Assembly: GCA_023954155.1 (NCBI GenBank)
Contig: JAMLIO010000001.1
Location: forward strand, 437,322-501,321
Length of the DNA stretch: 64,000 nucleotides
Reading direction: 5' to 3'
Source: Pseudobdellovibrionaceae bacterium
GTDB taxonomy: Bacteria; Bdellovibrionota; Bdellovibrionia; Bdellovibrionales; UBA1609
In this document: positions 40,253 through 49,669 of the stretch, piece after piece
Numbering within the stretch: position 1 is the stretch's first letter
Layout: each line of letters begins with the position of its first letter
Notes under the pieces: generated by a model
Databases searched by the model: none
What the model saw: the letters and a program-made list of their open reading frames with translations, nothing else
Told to the model about the DNA's origin: nothing
Made by a program: the position numbers and the translations under genes

Positions 40253-40978
40253 ATGTTGATTTATGCCCTGCTCTTTTTACTGGCCCTTTCTACATCGGTG
40301 GTGTCGGCTGTAGTGGGAATGGCGGGTGGGATCATCTTGCTTTCTGTCTTAAGCGTATTTTTTCCTTTCTCTTTTGTAATCCCCGTGCATGGTCTTGTTC
40401 AGCTCGTTAGCAATTTAAGCCGAGCCGTTCTATTGCGGGCTCACATTCATAAGAAGATTTTTATATACTTTCTTATAGGTGTACCTATGGGAACACTTTT
40501 GGCTGTTTTCGCACTGAAAAGCTTTGCCGTTGGAAAGTTGCCCCTCTATTTGATTGTGCTTCTGGTGCTTTACACAGTTTTTAAGCCTAAATCCCTACCA
40601 TCTATTCGGCTTCAGTATTGGCAGTATGCACCCTTAGGTTTTGTGGCAGGTTTTTTAGGAATGTTTATTGGGGCCACGGGCCCCTTACTTGGGGTCTTCT
40701 TTTTGCGTGAGGATTTAAACAAGAAAGAGATCATTGCGACTCAAGCCTCAGCCCAAATTGTGAATCATTTTTTAAAAATCCCAGCCTTTCTTTTTTTGGG
40801 TTTCGACTTCATTAAAAACATCGACCTGATCTCGGTGATGGTCATAGGGGCTATTGTGGGAACAGAATTAGGGGTTAAAATTTTGGACCGTTTAAGTGAG
40901 CGCTACTTTGTGGTTTTATATAAAGTAGTGTTGTTATGTGTGGCGATTTATTTGGTGATAAAAAACGGACTTTTGTGA
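40253..40978 (+). CDS. TauE/SafE (DUF81) family membrane transporter, second paralog
   Basis: 241 aa with VVGMAGGIILLSVL and GATGPLLGVFF repeats. Confidence 0.8.
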   Translation: MLIYALLFLLALSTSVVSAVVGMAGGIILLSVLSVFFPFSFVIPVHGLVQLVSNLSRAVLLRAHIHKKIFIYFLIGVPMGTLLAVFALKSFAVGKLPLYLIVLLVLYTVFKPKSLPSIRLQYWQYAPLGFVAGFLGMFIGATGPLLGVFFLREDLNKKEIIATQASAQIVNHFLKIPAFLFLGFDFIKNIDLISVMVIGAIVGTELGVKILDRLSERYFVVLYKVVLLCVAIYLVIKNGLL

Positions 40979-41376
40979 GTGATGTACGTTGTGGTGCACA
41001 TCCTATTTCAAAAGCAATAGCCAACCTCTTCTTATTCAGGGGGCCCCAAGCGAAGCTGTGGGAGGGCTCTTGCCAGGAGACGCCTTTTTGCCTTTCTATC
41101 GGGCGACCCCTATTTTCGGACTGCCTAATCCTTACTCTGACAAGTCTTAAACCGTTGCATCAATAAAGGTTTTGGCCCCTTTGGCCCAAGGATTCTTTTT
41201 CAATGGGATGTCATTTGAGATAAAGTCCTTGTTCTTCAACTTGGCTTTACTATTATAATGGGTAAGACCTTCGCATGTGCGGCCTTACCATTTAATACAA
41301 ATATTGAGCGTAGATATTTAAGTGAGACGTTTAAGTATAGGGGCAAAGCCAGCGTAGGGACACAATACGTAGATGA

Positions 41377-44013
41377 ATGAGTGATAGCAGGTATATTTTT
41401 AGAGAGAGGGAAAAATTGGAAATAGAGGCAGTAAACCGCAACGCAAGAACTGAAAAGGCCACCACAAAACCAGTGGCTAAAAACGCAAAAACAATTCAAA
41501 AGAGAAACACTCAGTTTACGGATAGCTTTTCGGAAGAGATCTTCAATCTGACTTATAGATTTGGAAACGAAAATGATGTGAACGAACGTCATTTAAACGT
41601 GGCCAAAGACTTAGCCTCTGTGGAACGTCCTGAGCTGCAAGAGTATTGGACTGAGAAATTTTTAGACCTTTTAGAAGACTTTAAATTCGTCCCAGGGGGA
41701 AGAATCACGTCTAACGCAGGAACAGGCTTAAAGGGTACAACCTATATCAACTGCTTTGTCAGTGGCTTTAGAGGCGAAGACCAAGACTCTATGGTGAGCA
41801 TCATGGATGAGTTACGTCGTCAGGCTCTTATCTTAAAATCTGAAGGCGGATATGGGTTTTGTGCGGATGTGATGCGCCCTCGTGGAGCTTACGTAGAAGG
41901 CATTGGAGGGGACTCTCCAGGTGCTGTGAAATTATTAGAGATGTGGGACACGCAAAGTGCCGTGATCACTGCTGGCAGTGGTTTAAAGAAAAAGAATAAT
42001 AAGGGTAAGAAAAAAATCAGAAAAGGGGCCCAAATGGTCACCATGTCTGTTTACCACCCTGATATTGAAGAGTACATCACGGCAAAACAAACTCCAGGAC
42101 GCTTAACTAAATTCAATATGTCTCTCCTTGTTTCAGATGATTTTATGAAGGCCGTTGAAAACAATGAGCCATGGAATTTGGAATTTCCAAATTATGAGAC
42201 TGCGGCTGAAGAGTATAAAAAATATTGGAATGGCAATTTAAAAGAGTGGAAGTCTAAAGGCTTTCCTACTGTAGTTTATAAGACTTTTGCCAATGCGAAC
42301 GAATTGTGGGAGCTCATTATGAAGTCCACATACAATCGCAATGAACCAGGTATTTTATTTATTGATACCATCAACCGTTTGAATAACCTTTATTACACCG
42401 AGTACATCAACGCCACTAACCCTTGTGGAGAGCAAGTTTTACCTGTGGGTGGATGTTGCTTATTGGGTTCGATCAACTTAACTCAATTTGTAGATGTGAA
42501 AAAACAGAACTGGGACTATGACAAACTTAAAGAGATCATTCCTATTGCGGTTCGTTTTATGGACAACGTGAACGATAAAACTCAAGTTCCACTTCCAGAA
42601 CAGGAAGACAATCTACAACAAAAGCGTCGTATTGGTTTAGGGGTTTTGGGTTACGGCTCAGCGTTGATGATGCTTAAAGTGCGTTATGGTTCAGATAAAG
42701 CCATTGAACTTACAGAAGCTCTTGGTGAATTTATGATGAACGAGGCTTATAAATCTTCGGCCTTGATTGCCCAAGAAAAAGGAGCCTTTCCATTATTTGA
42801 TAAAGAAAAATATCTTGGTGGTGAATTTGTAAAGAAACTTAAACCCGAAACCAAAAAGCTTATTGAAAAGCACGGGACAAGAAATAGTCATCTTTTATCT
42901 ATTCAACCTACGGGCAACAGTTCAGTCTTTGCCAATAACGTGTCTGGCGGATTGGAGCCGTTATTCCTAGCGTCTTATACGCGCACATCCATGCAACCTT
43001 TTACACCAGAAGGAATGGGCGTTCCTAAAAACATCAACTGGGAAGCCAAAACCTACGATGTTGCTGGTCCTAAAACTGAATGGAAATGGGCTAAAGAAGG
43101 GGATGAAAGTATCCTAGTGACTGAGTTTAATGGTGAAGTGTGGAAGTACGATAACTCTCGCGGGCTTTTAAAAGAGTCTCGTATTCGAGATTACGCGGTA
43201 CGCTTTCACGAAGAGAACTCCACTTGGGAAGACAATGCGGACTGGGCCGCGACGTCTTTTAATTTAAATATTGATGACCATATCAAAACTATGGGTGTCT
43301 TTTCTAAATACATAGATTCGGCTATGTCAAAAACAGTAAATATTCCTGCTGACTACCCTTACGAAGACTTTAAACGTCTTTACTATGAGGTGTATAAGAC
43401 AGGAACTATTAAGGGCTGTACATCTTATCGTGAAGGCACAATGACTGCGGTCTTATCCTCTACAAGTACAGCTGCAGGAGCTAACGAGATCGTTAAAGGT
43501 GTGCCAAGAACTAAGGCCACTCCAAGACCAGACATTTTAGACTGCGATATTCACCAGATCACCAGCGCAGGCGAAAAGTGGGTGGTGATTGTAGGGCTAT
43601 TGGACAATGACCCGTATGAGGTTTTTGCCATGAAACAAAGTCGCTTGCATTTGCCTAAGCATTTGACTCATGGAAAATTGATCAAAGAAAAATCGGGTCT
43701 TTATGTTTTGGAAACCAAAGATGGTTGGGTTCTTCGTGATATCAGAAACTTTTTTGAATCTGATGAGCAAGAAGCACTCACGCGTATGATTTCCACAGCA
43801 CTTAGACATGGGGCTGATATTGAATTTATCGTATCGCAACTGATCAAGAGTGAAGGGAACATCACTTCTTTCTCTAAAGCGATTGCGCGTACGTTAAAGA
43901 AATACATCACTGAAATCACAACTATGAAGTGTACGGCTTGTGAAAGCCAAAACATCAAGCTGCAAGAAGGGTGTTTTGTGTGCATGGATTGTGGCAGCAG
44001 CAAGTGCGAATAG
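41377..44013 (+). CDS. nrdJ: class II (adenosylcobalamin-dependent) ribonucleotide reductase
   Basis: 878 aa with TNPCGEQVLP..GGCCLLGSINL and a C-terminal zinc ribbon CTACES...CFVCMDCGSSKC. The start is uncertain: a TTG at about 41414 follows a gagaggga RBS. Confidence 0.93.
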   Translation: MSDSRYIFREREKLEIEAVNRNARTEKATTKPVAKNAKTIQKRNTQFTDSFSEEIFNLTYRFGNENDVNERHLNVAKDLASVERPELQEYWTEKFLDLLEDFKFVPGGRITSNAGTGLKGTTYINCFVSGFRGEDQDSMVSIMDELRRQALILKSEGGYGFCADVMRPRGAYVEGIGGDSPGAVKLLEMWDTQSAVITAGSGLKKKNNKGKKKIRKGAQMVTMSVYHPDIEEYITAKQTPGRLTKFNMSLLVSDDFMKAVENNEPWNLEFPNYETAAEEYKKYWNGNLKEWKSKGFPTVVYKTFANANELWELIMKSTYNRNEPGILFIDTINRLNNLYYTEYINATNPCGEQVLPVGGCCLLGSINLTQFVDVKKQNWDYDKLKEIIPIAVRFMDNVNDKTQVPLPEQEDNLQQKRRIGLGVLGYGSALMMLKVRYGSDKAIELTEALGEFMMNEAYKSSALIAQEKGAFPLFDKEKYLGGEFVKKLKPETKKLIEKHGTRNSHLLSIQPTGNSSVFANNVSGGLEPLFLASYTRTSMQPFTPEGMGVPKNINWEAKTYDVAGPKTEWKWAKEGDESILVTEFNGEVWKYDNSRGLLKESRIRDYAVRFHEENSTWEDNADWAATSFNLNIDDHIKTMGVFSKYIDSAMSKTVNIPADYPYEDFKRLYYEVYKTGTIKGCTSYREGTMTAVLSSTSTAAGANEIVKGVPRTKATPRPDILDCDIHQITSAGEKWVVIVGLLDNDPYEVFAMKQSRLHLPKHLTHGKLIKEKSGLYVLETKDGWVLRDIRNFFESDEQEALTRMISTALRHGADIEFIVSQLIKSEGNITSFSKAIARTLKKYITEITTMKCTACESQNIKLQEGCFVCMDCGSSKCE

Positions 44014-44057
44014 AATAAGTTTGTTCTTTCCGCAGAGAGCATGAAAAGATAATGTTC

Positions 44058-44090
44058 AAGCCTCCTCATCGAAATTGAGGAGGCTTTTTA
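44058..44090 (+). terminator. rho-independent terminator of nrdJ
   Basis: AAGCCTCCTCA-tcgaaat-TGAGGAGGCTT, a perfect 11-bp stem, followed by a T run. Confidence 0.85.
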
Positions 44091-44217
44091 ATGTCGGCTA
44101 TCTTGGAACTTTAAAATTTGAACTTCTAAAAATATAAGGATTGTAATGCTTGTGTACGTTAAAGTACACGTTTTCATCTCTATCAGTCGATCAAGAGGGG
44201 TGCAGGATCAGTTTAAA

Positions 44218-44889
44218 TCAAAGATCATGGCAGCCGATGGGTTCAGAATCATCAAGCACTGTCGCTTCCGAAGCGAGACTCACTTCCTGATATTGAAGGA
44301 GATCGGCTTGGGTAGGGCGAGCGAGGTGTCCAATTAACTCTTTTACATAAAATTCTTTTAAACTTTCTGGTGTTACTGAAATCCCGTTTTTACCCATCAC
44401 AGTAGCGGGCCAAAAAGTTTTGCTAGAGTAAAAACACTGATAGTCGTTTTGAACCTTAAGTTTATTTTTAAATTGAAACACATGCCCTTGGGTCGCTGGA
44501 ATATACTTGTCTTCGTGTTCGCGGTAAAAGTAACAGTGCCCAATCTCGTGTAAGATCACGGACCACAATCTTGAAATTTGATGGAGTTTAGGATCAAGGT
44601 CCTCGTGGGAAAATAAAGATTTGTTAATAAGGATGGCGTTGTTCTCTGCCGAAAGAACACATCGGCCATCTCCCGTTAGTGTATCTGTAACAAGTATGGG
44701 GATGGATTTTAAATTTCTAGGAGACCCAAAATGTCTTAAAAGTTGTTCGATTTCAAAAACCACAGATTCAATCTCGTGTTGATCAGAGATGCTGGCGATA
44801 TTCACAGGAACATCGGTAGTGGGTAGGTCGTCCATGCAGCCCATAAAGGCCAGAGATAAGATAAAAATGATGAGAGTACGATTTCTCAT
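44218..44889 (-). CDS. lipoprotein with HEXXH zinc-metalloprotease motif
   Basis: 223 aa with lipobox LAFMGC and the motif VILHEIGHCYF. Confidence 0.6.
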   Translation of the reverse strand: MRNRTLIIFILSLAFMGCMDDLPTTDVPVNIASISDQHEIESVVFEIEQLLRHFGSPRNLKSIPILVTDTLTGDGRCVLSAENNAILINKSLFSHEDLDPKLHQISRLWSVILHEIGHCYFYREHEDKYIPATQGHVFQFKNKLKVQNDYQCFYSSKTFWPATVMGKNGISVTPESLKEFYVKELIGHLARPTQADLLQYQEVSLASEATVLDDSEPIGCHDL

Positions 44890-44895
44890 GCCCCA

Positions 44896-45228
44896 TCATA
44901 GGATTGCATTGGTCATAATAACAGAGGCCCAACCCTTAAACTGGCCTTTGGGTAAGGGTTTTAGGGGATATGTCTTAAGAATGGTAGGTTTGTAATAAGA
45001 AGCAACAAAGATATTTTTTAAAGCGACAAAAGCACTTTCACCCTTGAACTCGCTAGAAATCGCATATCCAAAATCTTTTTCAAAGCGAGTCATCACCTGT
45101 TGTAGGTTATGGAAAAATACTTGTCTTTCTTTGTTAGACATAGTTTTAATTTTTTCAGTACTGGGAAGAGTGAAAGAAGTATTCGGTTGTCTCTTACTTG
45201 ATTTAGCAAGAGATGCATTGGGGCACAA
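44896..45228 (-). CDS. hypothetical protein
   Basis: 110 aa, 6 nt upstream of the metalloprotease gene and probably co-transcribed. The start may be the internal Met at 45141. Confidence 0.4.
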   Translation of the reverse strand: MCPNASLAKSSKRQPNTSFTLPSTEKIKTMSNKERQVFFHNLQQVMTRFEKDFGYAISSEFKGESAFVALKNIFVASYYKPTILKTYPLKPLPKGQFKGWASVIMTNAIL

Positions 45229-45420
45229 AACTAAACATAAACCAATTATAAATAATATTTTTCCATAGATCTATTCTAGAATATACAGATCAGGTCTTAA
45301 ATACTTAAAATAAAAACTAGGCCTTGGTATTTGGTCTAAAGTTCATAAGATCAAAAAAATAAAATCTCTACTGAAATTTAAGCATATATGGTCCGAGTGT
45401 ATAGAGCGACTAAAGCCAGT

Positions 45421-45723
45421 TTAGCTGACTTTAAGCTTGATATTGGGACTAATTTTTTCTAAAAGGCTGATCAAGCGGTCTGTAGAAAAACCATTTAAAT
45501 GATTATGTAAAATTTTGCTAACCTTTCCTTCATCGACGCCAAGTAGTAGGGCCATGTCCTTTTGAGAGATTTTAGTTTTAAGTTTGTATCTTACAAACTC
45601 TTGTTGTAGGTCGTAACGAAACCTTTCTAAGGGAGTTGGGTGCTCTGGGGGCCCTTGTGTTCCCTCTATTTTTTTGATCTTTTTGAGAGCATTTTTAATT
45701 TGTTTTTTATCTGGAAAACCCAT
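45421..45723 (-). CDS. XRE-family helix-turn-helix protein, putative antitoxin
   Basis: 100 aa with a C-terminal HTH (ISQKDMALLLGVDEGKVSKILHN...STDRLISLL). It starts 2 nt after the stop of the upstream small ORF. Confidence 0.7.
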   Translation of the reverse strand: MGFPDKKQIKNALKKIKKIEGTQGPPEHPTPLERFRYDLQQEFVRYKLKTKISQKDMALLLGVDEGKVSKILHNHLNGFSTDRLISLLEKISPNIKLKVS

Positions 45724-45725
45724 GG

Positions 45726-46016
45726 TTACCTCCTGTGTACGTTCACAACGCCGATATAAATTTGATCGTCTTCAAGTAACCAAATAAGCCGATACTTCTT
45801 ACCTTCACATTCGTGCGGATCCGTTTTAAAATAAGAGAATGGTGGAGTTACATCTACGGGTTCAAAGGTTCTGTCATTTAGTGTGTAAATCAGCTTGAGA
45901 ATCAATTCATCGCTGATGCTCTCCGTGTGCTTATCTTCATAGTGAGGGTCGATAACTACGTGTTTAATTTTAATATCGTTGATGGTTACATTTATATCGT
46001 ATTTGCGTCGCCTCAT
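45726..46016 (-). CDS. small basic protein, putative toxin partner of the HTH protein
   Basis: 96 aa from the ATG at 46016. It ends ...IYIGVVNVHRR. The toxin-upstream order matches HigB/HigA-type modules. I do not recognise the family. Confidence 0.45.
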   Translation of the reverse strand: MRRRKYDINVTINDIKIKHVVIDPHYEDKHTESISDELILKLIYTLNDRTFEPVDVTPPFSYFKTDPHECEGKKYRLIWLLEDDQIYIGVVNVHRR

Positions 46017-46413
46017 TTTTACCCTATCAAAAATTGCCATATATAGCAACTTTATTTTCTAAAATTGATTTCAAAATACCCACAGAGAACTATTGATGGT
46101 TTTATAAGCCTTGATGATTGGAGCGGAATGCAATCTGCTGTACTGAGGCATTGAGAGATATAGGGTTATTCTATGTCCGATCGTCCTAGAGTCGTGAATG
46201 GGATATCGAAGTGGGGGCAAAACAAAACTCTTAAAGTTCTTCTTTTGCAAAGAGTAATTTATATTTGATTTGAGAGATGATGTTACTTAAGAGACGCTAA
46301 ATAGAATAGGTGAACGAACATATCACGCCGTGTAAAACCCATAAATTATAATAAAAAAATCAAACCTGCTGTATACGAGCGGAAGGAAAATAATGGGTTG
46401 AGGGGTGTTTTGT

Positions 46414-46914
46414 ATGAAAAGAGATAATTTAATTATGACAGTGCTATTGTGTGTATTTTTGTTGTTTGTAACTCAAAATCAGGCGACAGCTAACGAAGAC
46501 TTCACCGCGCGAGTGATACAATTATTAACCTTAAATGGAGCCCAAGGAGAAGCGAGATTAAACCCTAAAGTGGTTACTGATGATGGGTCAGGTACATGTC
46601 AGCTTTCGTTTACCTTTCTGAGTTCAGACCGAGTTGTCATCGACTACGACTTTCAACTTTCAGGGTTCTTTAATGATTTATATGGCAGTGATGAGTTTCA
46701 GATCACACAGGTGGACACAGATCCTGCGTATGGTGATTTTAGCATGAGAGCGACCAGTGCCAGTGGAGTGGTTTTTTCTTTAACCTACATGAAACCAAGA
46801 ACAACGTTTAATAATCCAGCTTTTGTAAATGGACATTTTCATTTTAGTATCAAAACCTCACCTGACAAAGTTTATGATTGTCATGATGATGACCCAACAA
46901 AAAGTAGCATATAA
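46414..46914 (+). CDS. secreted hypothetical protein
   Basis: The ATG at 46414 follows a gagggg RBS. Signal peptide ...VTQNQATA. Confidence 0.5.
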   Translation: MKRDNLIMTVLLCVFLLFVTQNQATANEDFTARVIQLLTLNGAQGEARLNPKVVTDDGSGTCQLSFTFLSSDRVVIDYDFQLSGFFNDLYGSDEFQITQVDTDPAYGDFSMRATSASGVVFSLTYMKPRTTFNNPAFVNGHFHFSIKTSPDKVYDCHDDDPTKSSI

Positions 46915-47058
46915 AACTGCTACCAAAAGGGGCATTAGCTGTGGTTTTTTTGTTGAGTGCAAAAGGTTTGAACTTTTCTTGACAGTGGCCCAATATGCTA
47001 GTTATTCCATAGGTTATCCTAAAGTTTAATTGAAACATTTTACAGTTAAGGGCTTTGC

Positions 47059-48306
47059 ATGGATGTTGCCTACATTATATTTCCAATCCTATTGATTGCC
47101 GTAGTTTTAGCGTCCGTTTGGTTGGAGAGATGGAGTGTGCCCATTATTTTAGTGGCACTGGGCGCAGGGATCCTGTTTGGCAGCGATTTTCTTAATCTTA
47201 TGGCCTTTGACAACTTTGTTCTGGCAAATCAAATCGCCAACCTTGCTCTAGTCTTTATCCTCTTTAATGGTGGGCTTTTAACCAAAAGGGTGGATTTTCG
47301 TGCCGTAGCACTGCCCGCAGGGGGCTTGGCCACTTGGGGCGTAATTCTGACAGCCCTTGTGTTGTTTTTATGCCTCCATATCGGGTTGGGGTGGTCTTTA
47401 GAGCTCTCTATCCTTCTTTCTGTCATCATTTCGTCAACAGATGCGGCCGCTATTTTTTCTATCCTACGTCGTCAGTCCTTACCTACAAAACTTTCTTCTA
47501 CTGTAGAAATTGAAAGCGCGGCTAACGACCCTATGGCGGTGTTATTGACCACAGTGGCAGTAGCAAGTCTAAGTGGTGGTGAGAGTTTTGGTCTTACAAC
47601 GGTTCTGTCTTTTTTCTGGAAGTTTGGGGTAGGACCTATCATTGGTTTTCTTATTGCTCGTTGTGCTGTGTGGACCTTCAACCGCTTAACCACACAAGAC
47701 AGAGGCTACTATTACATTTTATTTATCGCCTTTGTTCTTCTTATGTTTGGCGTATCCGAGATGGCTCAAGCCAGTGGTATGCTTGCGGTGTTTACGGGTG
47801 GTTATGTTCTGGGAAATTCTACTTATGTGCATCGACGAGGTGTTTTGAATTTTTCAGATGCCGTTTCTACCACAGCAAACATCGGGATGTTTGTGTTAAT
47901 GGGAGTCTTAGTATTCCCCAAACAATTAGCAAACGTTTGGCTTGAAGGGACTCTTTTGTTCTTAGCCCTTTCTTTTGTTGCGCGTCCTGTAGCAGTTTTT
48001 GTGGGAACTTTGGGCATGGGCATTAAAATTCGGCATAAAATATTTGCGAGTTGGGCAGGTCTGCGTGGAGCCGTACCTATTGTTCTTGCCACTTATCCCG
48101 CAGCGGCAGGGATGGATATCGCCAACGATGTGTTTAATCTTGTTTTCTTTGCTGTTCTTCTTTCAATCATGATTCAAGGTTCTACACTGGGCATGGTAGC
48201 CAAGTGGTTAAAGCTTTCGCTTCCTGCGCGCCCCAAGCCACTTGACCTCCTCCCCAAAAAGAAGGCCATGGGTATCTTTAGAAGCGTCGTGACAAGTGGT
48301 CCTTAA
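47059..48306 (+). CDS. CPA1-family cation:proton antiporter (NhaP2/CvrA-like), 3' end replaced by IS sequence
   Basis: About 394 native codons of polytopic antiporter (SSTDAAAIFSILR, ESAANDPMAV). From 48243 onward the last 21 codons and the stop are read from the IS3 left end. Confidence 0.8.
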   Translation: MDVAYIIFPILLIAVVLASVWLERWSVPIILVALGAGILFGSDFLNLMAFDNFVLANQIANLALVFILFNGGLLTKRVDFRAVALPAGGLATWGVILTALVLFLCLHIGLGWSLELSILLSVIISSTDAAAIFSILRRQSLPTKLSSTVEIESAANDPMAVLLTTVAVASLSGGESFGLTTVLSFFWKFGVGPIIGFLIARCAVWTFNRLTTQDRGYYYILFIAFVLLMFGVSEMAQASGMLAVFTGGYVLGNSTYVHRRGVLNFSDAVSTTANIGMFVLMGVLVFPKQLANVWLEGTLLFLALSFVARPVAVFVGTLGMGIKIRHKIFASWAGLRGAVPIVLATYPAAAGMDIANDVFNLVFFAVLLSIMIQGSTLGMVAKWLKLSLPARPKPLDLLPKKKAMGIFRSVVTSGP

Positions 48307-48323
48307 AGCCCTAAGGAGGATAA

Positions 48324-48590
48324 ATGAAAAAAACAAGATACACAGAAGAACAGATCGTGCACGCCCTTCGCAGAGCCGAGTCTGGCGAACGAGCCAAGGA
48401 AGTTTGTCGTAGCCTAGGAATAACCGAGCAAACTTTTTATACATGGAAGAAGAAGTATGCAGGGTTAGGGATAAGTGAGCTACGCAAGCTAAAACAGCAA
48501 GAAGACGAGATTCGTCGTTTAAAGAACCTAGTAGCAGACCTCATGCTGGATAAACAAATGCTCCAAGAGGTGGTTCAAAAAAAGCTCTAA
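48324..48590 (+). CDS. IS3-family transposase OrfA (HTH)
   Basis: 88 aa beginning [45 protein letters not shown], followed by a leucine zipper. This is the typical IS3/IS407 OrfA. Confidence 0.9.
   Translation: MKKTRYTEEQIVHALRRAESGERAKEVCRSLGITEQTFYTWKKKYAGLGISELRKLKQQEDEIRRLKNLVADLMLDKQMLQEVVQKKL
48578..48584 (+). promoter_or_regulatory. programmed -1 ribosomal frameshift site A AAA AAG
   Basis: The slippery heptamer lies in the orfA zero frame (codons AAA AAG at 48579-84). The -1 frame is open from 48578 straight into orfB. Confidence 0.75.
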
Positions 48591-48622
48591 AACCTGCTAA
48601 GAGACGCGATCTTGGTCAGTGG

Positions 48623-49429
48623 TTGGTCAAGAATTTTCGCGTGAGCCATCGTAGAGTTTGCAGGTTATTGCGTCTGGCTCGGTCAACATATGACTATAAG
48701 AACCACCCTAGAGATGATCGTGCAGTTCGGGAAAAGATCATCAGCATAGCGCAATCAAGGCCACGTTATGGCTGTCCACGCATACATGTCTTACTTAGGC
48801 GTGAAGGCTGGAAGGTTAATCACAAAAGGGTTCATAGGATTTATAAGGAAGAGCAGTTATGGGTACGCACCAAGAAAGTTCGTCGCAGAAAATTTACAAC
48901 TGAGCTAAGAGTTACACCTCCTACCCCGACCAATCTTAATCAAGTTTGGACAATGGATTTTGTGCATGACCAGTTGATTGATGGCCGTAAGATACGGATG
49001 TTAACCATAGTTGATAAGTTGAGTCGAGAAAGCCTAGCAATTGATTCTGGGTATGGCCTTAAATCAGAACAGGTTATAGAAACACTAGAGCGTTTAAAAA
49101 TTTTCAGAGGAATTCCAGAGGTTATATGTGTAGACAATGGGAGTGAATTTACATCAAAAAAACTTGATCAGTGGGCTTATATAAATGAAGTAAAGTTACA
49201 TTTTATTAGACCTGGAAAGCCTACAGAAAATGGGCACATAGAATCGTTTAACGGTAGACTTAGGGATGAGTTTTTAAATGCAAATCTCTTTTCAAGCCTT
49301 GAGGACTTCCAAAGAAAGGCGGAAAGATGGCGTATAGAATATAACAATTGGAGACCTCATTCATCAATAGGCAACTTGACACCAAGAGAATTTGCTAGGA
49401 GAAGAATGAATAAACAGACCGCTTGTTAA
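48623..49429 (+). CDS. IS3-family transposase OrfB (DDE integrase domain), expressed as an OrfAB fusion
   Basis: WTMDFV (D), DNGSEFTS (D) and [20 protein letters not shown] (E), the canonical rve domain. Confidence 0.9.
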   Translation: MVKNFRVSHRRVCRLLRLARSTYDYKNHPRDDRAVREKIISIAQSRPRYGCPRIHVLLRREGWKVNHKRVHRIYKEEQLWVRTKKVRRRKFTTELRVTPPTPTNLNQVWTMDFVHDQLIDGRKIRMLTIVDKLSRESLAIDSGYGLKSEQVIETLERLKIFRGIPEVICVDNGSEFTSKKLDQWAYINEVKLHFIRPGKPTENGHIESFNGRLRDEFLNANLFSSLEDFQRKAERWRIEYNNWRPHSSIGNLTPREFARRRMNKQTAC

Positions 49430-49528
49430 TGCGTTGTCACTCAGAAAGATACTGGCTTTGTCGATGGGGATAGATCAAATGCGTTGTCACTCAGAAAGAT
49501 ACTGGCTTTGTCGATGGGGATAGATCAA
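49429..49528 (+). repeat. perfect 2 x 50-bp tandem duplication inside the IS3 3' region
   Basis: atgcgttgtcactcagaaagatactggctttgtcgatggggatagatcaa occurs at 49429-49478 and again at 49479-49528. The first copy starts at the last base of the orfB stop codon. Confidence 0.95.
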
Positions 49529-49669
49529 TCCTCCACTTCAGTCCGATTATACATGGACTGGTTTTTGGGGGTAGGGTCACCTACTTAGTTTTTATATTTC
49601 ATGTCCGGTTTCATGCGAAATTTTGGGCAGTGATGTACACTCAAACTCATTTTAAAATGGCTCACGATC

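Larger units (their letters stand above)
48243..49579 (+). mobile_element. IS3-family insertion sequence (IS407-group-like), 1337 bp
   Basis: The imperfect terminal IRs are TGACCTCCTCCCCAAAAAGAAGGCCATG (left) and the reverse complement of the right end, TGACCCTACCCCCAAAAACCAGTCCATG (22 of 33 positions match). It has orfA/orfB with a frameshift site. The flanks (..GCCACT | CCTACT..) show no 3-4 bp direct repeat. Confidence 0.85.

Noticed and set aside
40985-41080. Cobalamin-riboswitch-like fragments upstream of nrdJ: GGTGCACATCC (compare GGTGAAAATCC), CTGTGGGAGGGC, and GCCAGGAGAC, which resembles the B12 box.
   Set aside because: The matches are only short and partial. The conserved CCCGCCACTG core and the full B12-box 3' half (CCTGCC) are missing. 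The stretch starts inside the TauE coding end. Repressing a B12-dependent reductase with B12 makes little regulatory sense. An Infernal search with RF00174 would settle it.
41300-41376. Possible NrdR boxes upstream of nrdJ (tacaaatattgag and acacaatacgtag).
   Set aside because: Each matches only about half of the 16-bp palindromic consensus. Their spacing of about 52 bp is not the usual arrangement of about three helical turns.
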